Below are positions 26,591 through 37,774 of a stretch of 64,000 nt of DNA, piece by piece. The stretch spans positions 16,866,001 through 16,930,000 of the forward strand of contig CM075989.1 of the NCBI GenBank assembly GCA_038087875.1. Reading direction: 5' to 3'. The notes below the pieces were generated by a model. The model did no database searches. It was given only the letters and a program-made list of their open reading frames with translations, and was not told the origin of the DNA. Position 1 is the stretch's first letter, and each line of letters begins with the position of its first letter. The stretch is from Malacoraja senta (lineage: Eukaryota). The position numbers and the translations under genes are program-made.

Positions 26591-27147
26591 GGAATTTCAA
26601 GGAATAGCCGAGTCAACTGCCAGCCCACCAGCGGTGAGTGAGCTGCCAGCACATCAGGCTTGAGGGACTGAGCTGCCACCCCAAGAATCCATTTGGCCCA
26701 CAATGTCCATACTAGCCCTCTGGAGACCAGTAGTCCCTACAGCCAACAACACCCATACCAGCGCTCCAGAAAGCCCCGCCCCCCCCTCACTGGCCACCAA
26801 TATTGGAATTGGTGGAGAGGTGCAATATTGCGTCGGGGACCAGCCCTCCAGTGTGAACATGGGACCCAACGGGTCCCACTTAGTCTAGTGTATATATAAA
26901 TGACTTGGCCGTAAACATAGACGGGTTTGTTGGTAAGTTTGAAGATGACACCAAGATTGCTAGGATCGTGGACTGTGAGGTAGGCTGTCAAAGTATATAG
27001 CCGGATAATAGATCGGCAACAGAAATGCGCAGATAACTGGCAGAGAATCCGAGCAAGTCTGAGGTGTTGAATTTATACGTCATGTTGAATGTCGAAAATA
27101 TACATCAATATGCGTAAGCAGCGGGGAAACACTGGCGCGGTAGTGAG

Positions 27148-27196
27148 CAAAGATCCTATAGCGAGCAAGATAGTCCACTCCGCTATAGGATCTTTG
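27148..27196. mobile_element. Tiny MITE-like hairpin (16-bp perfect inverted repeat) just upstream of the BCL2A1-like exon 1
   Basis: CAAAGATCCTATAGCG ... CGCTATAGGATCTTTG; related termini at about 20770 and 57013-57046. Confidence 0.6.
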
Positions 27197-27262
27197 GTCG
27201 TGAGCAGAGAATAAATATAATGAGCCGAGGATGTGATGCTTGGGTCGTCGCTGTTGTCTGAG

Positions 27263-27705
27263 ATGCAAGCGCCTGAAATGATTATGGGCTGCGAACATCC
27301 AAACTCGGAGGGGTTCTGCTACTTACTGGCGTTGGATTATTTCCGCTTTGTGCTAGACGGCTCGGAGTCGCAGCCGGCGGCCAACAGAGCGGCTGAAACT
27401 CTGCGCCGCTCCGGCTCCTCGTTGCCTGCAGACGGCCAGGAATTACAGCGCTGCGTCGACAAATTAAACCTGGGGTCCGTGGAAGAGACGAAGTGAGTGC
27501 TCCCGACTTAATGATAGAGGTCTACTCGGACGGGATTGATAACTGGGACAGGATTGTAACTTTGTACACTTTCTGTGGGGACCTGGTCAGGCACTTGATA
27601 GAGAAGGGCGTACTTTATCGAGTGCTGATAGAACAGGTAGCTCAGTTTGTCGTCCAATACACTTGGACTCACAAAGCTGCGTGGATCAAGGAGAATGGAG
27701 GCTGG
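27263..27705 (+). pseudogene. BCL2A1: BCL2A1 (A1/BFL-1)-like pseudogene, exon 1
   Basis: CYLLALDYFRFVL resembles A1 YRLAQDYLQCVL; LQRCVDKLNLGSVEE resembles LKSCLDNVNVVSVDT; BH1 EVYSDGIDNWDRIVTLYTF; BH2 WIKENGGW followed by a GT donor at 27706. In-frame TGA at 27494-27496 and a 1-nt frameshift just after. Start ATG uncertain (27263, 27278 or 27284). Confidence 0.82.
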
Positions 27706-28943
27706 GTAGGAGGAAGATTTTGATCAAAAGTGTTCTGGAAGTCCATGTCCTTCTTCGAAGGCAGTCCCTCGGAATTGAGGATGACTTGATAACACTCTGG
27801 TTTTGTGGTTGTGAAGTAGTTAATGAGGCTTGTCTGAAAACTGCTGTCTTTATGCAAGAGGCAGCTGATGAGGCAGGTAGATAATTTCTGTCATCTGCCT
27901 CTTGCACAGTGCCTCTGTGTGCTCCTGATCCATACCCTTGAGGTTCTCAGTAGCATCCCAAATACTGCTTCTCTGCTTTGGACAGCCATGGGTCAGAGGC
28001 ATCTAAGAGTCAGTGCAAATGTTGCACTTCCTCAAAGATCCCTGAATCTACCCCTCTGTCTGTTTGGTACATCACATCTACTTTATTATCTTCACCAAAT
28101 CCATCTTTCACCACATCAAACATAATTAAGCCTGACCTGGCTTGTTTAATGCATTTCCAACAGGCAAAAATTAATCCTATCATGGATTAATGCCTCGAAT
28201 TGAAGACAGATGGAAAGTTCTCATTTAGTACCTTAACACATTTGTGCACAGGTTTTCATTTTTTGCCCTCAGTAGTCCTCACTCGTCCACATACCCCACA
28301 TCATCACAATACCACAATATTTAGATTATCAAAGGAAAAGGAGACAAAATTAAAGTTGGCCTCTCTGCATCTTAAGGAAACACCATTAGAGGGAATGTGT
28401 GATCGCCAGGGAGAGGAAGAAAAGTAGGCAGGTAGTTGGGGAAGTATCAGAGTACATGCCACTCTGGAAACTCTTCCGATGTTGGAAAACAGTCGGGATG
28501 CATGCTTCTTTGTGGAGTACAACTGAACCAAAATCGTGGTGAGTGATTCAGCTGCACAAGGGAAAGAACAGGAGCACAAGGGCATTAATGGTAGGAGACT
28601 TGATAGTGATACCTGAAATTTGATATTGACCCTGGAAGGCTGCACTGTGTTCAGAAGGAAGATGAGGCACTGAACATCTTCAGAGATGCTGCCTGTCCCG
28701 CTGAGTTACTCCAGCATTTTGTGTTTACCTGAGGCACTGAAGTGTTCATTCACCCCATTACTGTAGTCCCTGAAGCCCCGATGTCCGTTGTAACGCAAAA
28801 ACAATGGCTATTGTACATTTTAATTTCATCGTATCCATTCCATGCTTTATCATACCCAACATCTATTCCCACAGGCCTGATATTTTTCAGGAGTGTAGCA
28901 ATTGATATTTAATATTGTGGCTAATCTTGCGCGCACTTTTCAG

Positions 28944-29054
28944 GATGGATACAGATCTGGTTAGAAGAGGAAAAGCTGATTGATATAGTCTCAGTTGTTC
29001 ACAGGTTTTACCTCCTGGAGAAAGTATATTCATGAATTATGCTGCAAAGAATAA
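28944..29054 (+). pseudogene. BCL2A1: Putative exon 2 of the BCL2A1-like pseudogene
   Basis: Acceptor CACTTTTCAG|; phase-0 reading DGYRSG*KRKS*LI*SQLFTGFTSWRKYIHELCCKE*. Length and position fit the A1 C-terminal exon; three internal stops. Confidence 0.5.
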
Positions 29055-29388
29055 TGAGGTCTAAGATAGAGGACTAGTGGCAGCTAGTTTGTGGATAATC
29101 TGCCTCAGTGTTTGATTAAAAGCAGAAACAGCTGGAAATGCTCAGCGGTCAAGGAGCACGATGAAGAGAGAATAGAGTTCTAATTTTCATTAGAAATGTG
29201 TATTTGGCGGGATTTAAGTACCCAATCATTGTAACTCGGCTACGATTGGGTACAAAATGATACCAGAGAGAAAGAAAGTAATAAGGAACAGTAAGAGAAT
29301 ATTAATGTGCAGTGAGAGGCATTGCTCTAATTTTCCTGTAATGCAGGTACCTAATGTGGATTAAAGGGACATAGAATTCATTTAGATA

Positions 29389-31520
29389 TTTTTACTTGTC
29401 GTATCAAGCCGATGATTCAGTACAACATTCAGATCCCCTCCACATATACAAATTTCTTCTGCTTCCATTGCAATAATATCAAATAGGGATTTGAAAAAAT
29501 GTTTATCACCATCTGGGGGAGCATAGATATTCACCAGTGTTAGGATATTATTATCAACTTTGCCCTTTACTATGATATACCTTCCTTCTTTGTCTTAGCA
29601 ATGGAAGGTCATGAATCAGATTGGAGAACTGTGCCACAGAGATCGGTGCTAGGTTCACTTTTGGGTTTTTTCATCTACATAATATTGTTAACATAGTTAA
29701 TACGTTTGCAAATGACACCAAAATAGGCTTTGTACGGGACATTGAAGAAGGTTATCTATGATTAGAGCAGAAGCTAGATGAACTGGAGAAGTGACCAAGG
29801 AATGGCAGATGGAATGTAATTTGGACAAATTTGTTGCATTTTGATAAGTTAACCTGGGGCAGGGTTCACACTGTAAATGGTAAGTTCTTGTAGAGTATTG
29901 TAGAACAGAGAGATCTAGAAGCACTGGTACATACATTCCTGAAAGTGACAGGGTAGTGAATAAGGCAATTGGCATGCTTGCCTTCATTGGTCAGTGCATT
30001 GTGTATAGTGGTTGCAATATCACGTTTTAACTATACAAGTTATTGTAGAAACTACACTTGGAGTGTTTGGCGTAATTCCAAAGCTTTATGAAGGATGTCA
30101 TTACATTGGATAGGATGCAGTGAAATTTCACGAGGATGTTACCAGGGCTGGAGGACTAGAGTTGTGAGGAGAGGCTGGATGGGCAAGGACTTCATTTTCT
30201 GGAGGATAGAAGATTGAGGGGGTGACCTTATAGAATATAAAAAATCATGAAGATTATATACAACGTGGATGGTCACAGTCTTTGATCATAAAAGTAGGTG
30301 AGTCCAAAACTAGGCCTAGGTTTAAGCTGACATGGAATAATGTTTAAAGGGATCTTAAAGAATCTTTAAAAAACAACTTTTTTTACACACAGTGTAAATG
30401 GTGGGTATATGGAATGAGATTTCAGAGGAAATCATATGCTTACAATGTTTAAAAAATGTGGACAGTTACATAGATAAAAAGGGTCGAGATGGATATGGGA
30501 TATAATGGCATTAGTTCAGATAGACATCTTGGTCGACACTGAGGAGCTGGGCTGAAGGGCCTGATTCCGTGCTGTATAATTTTGATGGCAGAAGATGCAA
30601 CCCACACCACAAATGAGCACGCCACAATCATAATAACATCGTCCAGTTGCTCTAGACACACAATTATTGACCTAATTCATTATGAGATCATCCAACATGT
30701 GCAAGGTCTCTGAGTGGCCATCTTTTGCATCATTGCCCTTAAATTTCCCTCCACGCACTAGAGGGTGCTATTTCCAATGAAAACGGTGCATGTGATGTCA
30801 TTTCAACAGTGTGGATCAGTATCTTTGGTGTGGATTAAGTCCCAGGGCCCCAAACGAACCACAGTCAGATCAGTGCTATTTTAGAACCAATTCCCAGTTT
30901 CCATTGCACCCACAAAATATGCACTGTGGAACTGCGTTTTTGACACCTAAGAAGTTAACATTGATGGGATACTGCATTGAGGAAGTATCATAAACAGGAT
31001 CAAAACATGTATATAAAAAGACACAATGTGCTGGAGTAACTCAGTGAGTCAGAAAGCATTCTTTGAGAACATGGACAGGCAACATTTTGGATCAGGACCC
31101 TTCTTCAGTTTGAAGAAGGGTCCCAACACAAATTGTCGCCTATCCAGAGATGCTGCCTGACCCACTGAGTTACTCAAGCATTTTGTGTCTTTTTTTATAA
31201 ACCAGCATCTGCAATTCCTTGTGCCTACTTAAAACGTGTACAATTGGGTCCAGGCAGCAAATGGGCAGCAAACTGGCAAAACAATATTCATAGCCCAAAG
31301 GTTCAAAGTGACTTTAAGGACTTCCCACGCTTGTGAAATATTGTGCCACATGGATTGTTGCTAGAAGCAATTTTTGTTCATAATTAATAATCTGTACTCC
31401 GTAGGCAGAAAAAACATTCAGAATTTGGGGATGGTGTCAGAAAGGAACATACAATTAACAAATCTTTTTATTTAATTTCATAAACGACGGAACTGTTATT
31501 TTACGCATAGGTGTACTGTT
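29389..31520 (-). repeat. Right arm of the 2.1-kb inverted duplication
   Basis: Outer end GCATAGGTGTACTGTT is the reverse complement of AACAGTACACCTATGC at 21582; inner end matches 23690-23714. Confidence 0.95.
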
Positions 31521-32419
31521 CCGGTTGAGTGAACGCTGGCGCAGCTGGCTGCCGCTGCTCACCGGACTTTTTGTTATGTTTTGTTTTGTTTTGTTTTGTC
31601 TGTTAGCTAATTTTACGCAGCCTACAAACTGTGTGCACTATTACTGTTCGACCAAATGTTTTTCTTGAACTTGTTGGACTGATTATCCTCTGCCGTTGCC
31701 CTTGTGGCATTTGTTGATTGTTTCCGGCATCACGGTTGGCTTACCCTGCTGCTGCTGATAGCACCTGTGTCAGCTGTGGTAGCCGGTGTCTCTCAGCCTG
31801 CTGTCAGATTTAGACGAGCCCACAGCACTACCGGAGCTGCAAGATGTGGACGTGCAAAATGCTGCTTTGGATTGTCCTGCTTTTCACCGCAGTGACAGCC
31901 ACCCCACGGCTATCCTATTCGACAGCAGAACTCCACCAGCGTCGATTCCGCTCCGGGCTTCCTTCCTGCCTCCTCAGCCATCGAGACATTCTCCGTCGAC
32001 CAAGATACATTCACCGTGGATCCTGCAGGAACTTCTCCAACAATAATTCCAACTCCATCAGCTCCTTTTGGTCCACAGGTCCTCGGAAACCACACAACAC
32101 GGGTCGAGCTGCTGACCACAGTGTGTTAGTTCCTCTGCTAGCTGACCCCGCCGTTCCCTCAAATGGATCCAAATTTGCACTCTTCAACGTCAGATCTCTC
32201 TCCAACAAAGCTCCTCTCATCTCGGACTTCATTTCGGATTCAAAACTTGACTTTCTGTGTCTTACTGAGACTTGGCAACAGCCTGATGATTACCTCCACC
32301 TCAACCAAGCCATACCTCCTGAGTTTGTTTACATCTGCAAACCCCGCGCTTCCGGGAGAGGAGGGGGTCTTGCACTGCTCTATCGCGAGAATCTCAAGAT
32401 CTCGTCAGTCTCAGTCACA
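31521..32419 (+). mobile_element. L2-clade LINE 5' fragment (5' UTR plus N-terminal AP endonuclease), 3'-truncated
   Basis: ORF 31844-: FALFNVRSLSNK..DFLCLTETWQQ..RGGGLALLY. CpG-rich and uninterrupted until it ends abruptly at about 32419. Confidence 0.85.
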
Positions 32420-32924
32420 GAGAATATTAATGTGTAGTGAGAGGCATTGCTCTCATTTTCCTGTAATGCAGGTACCTAATGTGGATTAAAGGGACATTAG
32501 GTACCTGCATTACAGGAAAATGAGAGCAATGCGGATTAATGCAGGTACCTAATGCGAATTAAAGGGACATAGAATTAATTTAGATATTAAGTTTAGGTGC
32601 GAAACTGATCCCACATCAGGGAGATGTGGAAAGTGAAATCCATTATTCATTTAAGAGTGTTTGTTTTCCTTCCAGGGGATTGCTGGGGAGTGAGACCTGG
32701 GGTCTAGGGTATCAGTGCTGCCTGACCCACTGAGTTACTCCAGGATTTTTGTCTACATCATTTAGTAAGATCATATTTTACCGCCATGCCACTGTGCTCA
32801 CTAACCCAATATCTTTGATTGCCTAAATATCTAAAACCCTATTGATCGCTCTATCAAACACACTCAGCATCATCCCAGTTGGTTGAAAATTTCATTTGTC
32901 CACAAACCACTGGGTAAACCTCGA

Positions 32925-33570
32925 AAGCTAATGGCATGTTGGTCTTCATAACAAGAGGAGTTGAGTATAGGAGCAAAGAGGTCCTTCTGCAGTTGTACAG
33001 GGCCGTGGTAAGACCACACCTGGAGTATTGTGTGCAGTTTTGGTCTCCAAATTTGAGGAAGGACATTCTTGCAATTGATGGAGTGCAGTGTAGGTTCATG
33101 AGGTTTATTCCCGGGATGGCGAGACTGTCATATGATGAAAGAATGGAGCGACCGGGCTTGGATACACTGGAATTTAGAAGGATGAGAGGTGATCTTATTG
33201 AAACATATAAAATTATTAAGGGATTGGACACGCTAGAGGCAGGAAACACGTTCCTGATGTTGGGGGAGTCCAGAACCAGGGGCCACAGTTTAAGAATAAG
33301 GGATAGGCCATTTGGAACGGAGATGAGAAAAATCTTTTTCACCCAGAGAGTTGTGAATCTGTGGAATTCGCTACCTCAGAAGGCAGTGGAGGCCAATTCA
33401 CTGGATGCTTTCAAAGGAGAATTAGATAGAGCTCTTAAAGGTAGCGGAGTCAAGGGATATGGGGAGAAGGCAGGAACGGGGTACTGATTGCGGATGATCA
33501 GCCATGATCACAGTGAATGGCGGTGCTAGGTCGAAGGGTCGAATGGCCTTTTCCTGCACCTATTGTCTAC
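32925..33570 (+). mobile_element. CR1 LINE 3' fragment (young)
   Basis: ORF 32936-33487 RPHLEYCVQFWSP..RTRGHSLRI..FFTQRVVNLWNSLP; 3' UTR ends CCTATTGTCTA. Confidence 0.92.
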
Positions 33571-35235
33571 TAAAGAGATTTATTCTTGTCCAGTCCTTAA
33601 TGGCTAACTCCTTGGTTTGAGACTATGATCACTGGTTTTAGACCTTGGAGCAAAGGTTTTGTCTTTATTTCACTGAGAACATGTCCCATTATCTTAGCAC
33701 TAAAGTATGGGCCCTAATTTCTCTTCAGTCATCAATCTGCCATCTCAGAATTTAACCTGCTGCATCTTTGTAGTGCTCCCTCTTTCACATAAAGGAAGGA
33801 CAAACCTGTACAAAATATTCTCGGCATGTCCTCAGTGTTACCCTCCATAATCAGAACATGATGTCTTTACTCTTCTTTATTCTTCTACTCAGATCTTCCA
33901 ATGAAGGCAATGTACCATTTGACTTCCCAGTTGCTACTGAATCTGCTTGTTAATCTTTTAGTGCTTTGTGTACAAGGACACTCTGGTCCCTCTGAACACC
34001 GACACCTTTTCATTTCTCGCCATTCACAAAAATTCTCTGCTTTTCTATTTTTTGTTCATCCGAAAGCTCAAAATACTGCTGTTCCCCTGCATCTGGCTTT
34101 CTTTTTCTTCTCCACTTGTATCTCTCTCTCTCTCTGTCTCTCATTATTCCATCTCCCCACTTAACCTTCCCCACTACCTTCTACTTAGCCTCCCCACCTC
34201 CACCTCTGACCAACTGCTCATTCTTTCCTGGTGTTCAGTTACTCCTTGGCATAATGCTCACTCCCCGGATAGATTTCTGATCCTGGCCTAATCTTTTCAT
34301 TACCTTCCAACCTCAACTTATTGTTGTAAAGTGGAATGCTTTAATCAACATTTAAAATCCATTCATCATATTGGTGATGTTTTAATTAAAGTCATGTCAT
34401 TATTTGTTTTACTACCAGCTGTGAGAATCAATACACAAAAGTCCAATGCTGATGCTTTAGTCTTTATTGATAAATCTGCAAACAGCGGTAGCTACTGACT
34501 ACATTCTATAAAATACAGCATGCGTGCATTATCTTTGCACCTTTGAAGTTGCATTTGCTTTGTTTTGCCGAGCAGGCCATGATTTAATGTGCAGGAAGGA
34601 ACTGCAGATGCTGGTTCAAACTGAAGATAGACACGAAATGCTGGAGCAACTATAGTTATAGGAGAAAGGGAAACGAGAGATATAACGAGCTATCTCTCAT
34701 TTCCCTTCCTCTGACTCTTAGTTTAAAGATGGGTCTCGACCCAAAACGTCACCCGTTCCTTATTTCCAGCAATGCTGCCTGTCCCGCTGAGTTACTCCAG
34801 CATTTTGTATCTATCTTCAGGCCATGATTTAACTTCCATTCAGACACGGTTTTCAATGATCCGTGCCTTTGGCTCCTCTGCACGGTACTTCTTACTTAGC
34901 TTCTAACTCTTTGGCTCTTTTTCAACATTTATCTATGAACTGGATTAATTATTGGAGCACATTCTGCAACAGCCCAAGCAATAAGCACTTTTTTAAAGCG
35001 AAAACACACTTGAAATCATCTGTGATTTCCAGGGACAATCCACTCTCCTTTTTGGTGTCTGGACATGTGAAATTGGTGGGACAAAACCTTTATCTGTAAA
35101 ATTGAGCACGTTATTTTCTGACTACTGAAATGAGTATTCAGCAGGTTGTACTTGAAACTTCAGTTTCTATCCCACCAAGCTCTTATGTTGCAACATTGAA
35201 GATAAGAATGAACCCTGACATTTCACGCTGACTAC

Positions 35236-35633
35236 TTAGACTGAATGACATATGAGAAATCCCTTGAAGCTGATCGATCCATCCGAGCTCCAGAGTGTTC
35301 CTCTTTCAAGCTGGACCCACACAGTGTCGCACGGGCGGAGTTCCAATATGGCATTCTGGACAGCGAGCTGGCTGCTATTACTTGGCAGCGCACTGTGGAT
35401 TTCACTGACTCTTTTATTATTCTTCATCAGGACCACATCAGTCTTAACCCCTCTCCTTGGCAGAGAAGAAAAACTGAAGAAGTATGTACCAGCAAGAGGG
35501 CTTTTGAACTTCCCAGTGTTTTTCTTGTAACCTCCGGCTTTGTTGAGATTGACCTTATCATAAATAATGGTCACGTTGGACACAATCAGATGATTCAGTG
35601 AGCTACGCTCTACGTCAAACATCACGTTGTTGC
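35236..35633 (-). CDS. Terminal exon encoding a globular C1q domain (C1q/TNF-related, cerebellin-like secreted protein family)
   Basis: IIYDKVNLNKAGGY..TGKFKSPLAGTYFFSF..AILELRPCDTVWVQL..ISFKGFLI carries the gC1q signature. Acceptor TTTTTACTTTCACAG| (phase 1) at 35634; frame open to TAA at 35236. Confidence 0.85.
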
Positions 35634-37774
35634 CTGTGAAAGTAAAAATCGAAGATTGAACCTAATGGCAATATGACTACTTTTATTGTCTCACCTTATT
35701 GATGATGTAAAGATTAAAGTGTAGAGCACAAACCACTTTGTATAAAAGCAAACAAAATTCAAACAATTTGAGGCAATTGACTCTTGGATTGGAAATGGAA
35801 AAGTGCAAATCACATTCTAGAGCATTTAATTATGGGGAGTTGTGGGTTATTCAAAGGGAAGGCATTGAATACTGAGGAAAAAAAAAAATGGGCAGCATTT
35901 ATAGAGTCAATGGCCCGGGCAGCGTTTAGCTGCATTCCTGTAACAGACTACAGAATTGCATTTCAGAACGGCAAAGTTGAAGCTTCCTGAGGAACCAAAG
36001 GGATCAGAGTAGGTGAATCAGTAAGGGAGAGAAGTGGGCGTACAACAGATGTTGGGTTAATAATACAGGTGAAACCAGGTTGAATACGAAAAGATTAGAG
36101 GGGAAAATGAAAAAGCATATAAAAGATAATACATGGACAGTCAACATAAATGAAGCTTCTATAGAGTAAATTAAGAAAATTCCCCTTGGTTGAAATGTCA
36201 GGATCCAGAAAAAATATAAACTTCTTTAAAGCAGAAATTAGTGATGACCTGAAATGCATTATCCTCAATAGCGTGCGGACAGGAGATTTGGTCATGTTTA
36301 TCACAAAAAAAATTGGAGAACTATTTGAAGGAACAATGTTTCCAAGCCCAAGAAAGGAGCCAATGGATCAGTCTATCACAAGTACTCCTCGAAGAATTTG
36401 AACTGGATTGGATGGATTAAATGTCCTTTTTGTGCTGGAATGAGTTACTTCCAGTTTATGGATCTGGCAGGTTGTTGCAGAGTAAATCTACGCCTAAAAA
36501 AGACACAGAGTGCCAGAATAACTCAGTGGATCAGGCAGCATCCCTGGAGAACATGGATAGGTGACATTTTGGGCCAGGACCCTTAGTACTAATTGTAGGT
36601 TTATCATCTCTAGCCTTTGTCCAACTATCTGCCAATCAAACCCCCGCCTCGCTTATGTTTACCAATTTACTATGTTTACCATGATTTGTCATTTCCCCTC
36701 CTCTCTTCCAGGTTTCCCTCCCTCTCCCACACCCCTAAAAAAAGTCAGTTTGAAGAAGAATCCCGACCCGCTGAGTTACTCCAGCACTTTGTGTCTTTTT
36801 CTATAGACCAACAACTTGTTTCTAAATCTACTCCTTTTCCCACCCCATTACAACAATCAGCCTGTTTCCTAATCTCATGAAAGCATCCTCTTTACTTATT
36901 CCAGTGTTAACATTCAGTCTATTTGCAACCAATTAGTCTTACCTCTGTCTGCTTGGTCTTGCATTTAGGTGCATTAGATTAAATGTGGAACTGGACTGAA
37001 ACTAACCAAACATCACACCCCAACAGCTACACGAGGCTTTCATCCAATTTATTTGGGGTTGAGTCAAACACTAAAGTGAAAGGAAACTTATGTCCTCTAG
37101 CAACATTCAGATACCTTTTTTGGGTTGAATATCCAACCGTGGACTGATCCCATTCCACATTTTCACAGAACTCAAACAGCTCCGACAGTCTAAAGAGGAA
37201 GCCTACAGGAGTGGGGATGCAGACCGCTACAGGCAGGCAAAGTACAAGCTGAGAAGAGGAATCAGAGCTGCCAAGATAAGATACTCTGAGAAGTTGAGGA
37301 GCAAGTTCTCAGATAGTGACTCTTCTTCAGTTTGGAAGGGCTTACAAGAAATCACCAGCTACAAGAGGAAAGCCCCCCTTTCTTTGGACAATCGTCAGCT
37401 GACCAACAACCTGAATTAGTTCTACTGCAGGTTTGACAAGCAGAAACTTAACCCTGGTACGCCCTCCCCAACCAACACAGCCAGATCCCCTTCCACACCC
37501 ATTCTTCCCCAATTACCACTTAACACCTACTTAAATAAAGACTCCAGTTTGAAAAGACTGGACACTTTCCCACCCCAACCAACACTTCACACCCACTCTC
37601 AGCCTGACCCCCTCCATGCAAAGACTGGACCCATCTACATCCACTGCTCCCCAAGCACCACTTCACACCTACTTAAAGCAATGGACTCTTTCCCACCCAC
37701 CCCTCTCCAATCACCACTTAACACCCAATTACTGCACTGACTGACTGCAAAAGACTGCAGCCTCGTCCACTACC

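Larger units (their letters stand above)
24827..26888 (+). mobile_element. Non-autonomous Helitron with internal minisatellites
   Basis: 5' A|TCTATCTATCTATATTACTAAAA; 3' hairpin TGGGACCC-AAC-GGGTCCCA (26860-26878) then CTAG|T at 26885-26889; no target duplication. The exact 5' base is ambiguous within (TCTA)n. Confidence 0.85.

Noticed and set aside
21582..31520. Giant transposon with 2.1-kb TIRs that captured a Bcl-2 gene
   Set aside because: The arms are mosaics of unique DNA and old LINEs, there is no target duplication or transposase, and the L1 runs through the inner left boundary.
36943..37043. Possible upstream (signal-peptide) exon of the C1q gene ending at a GTAAG donor on the minus strand
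   Set aside because: The frame from the ATG at 37043 contains a stop and ends in phase 2, incompatible with the phase-1 acceptor; the phase-1 frame is open for only 7 codons.
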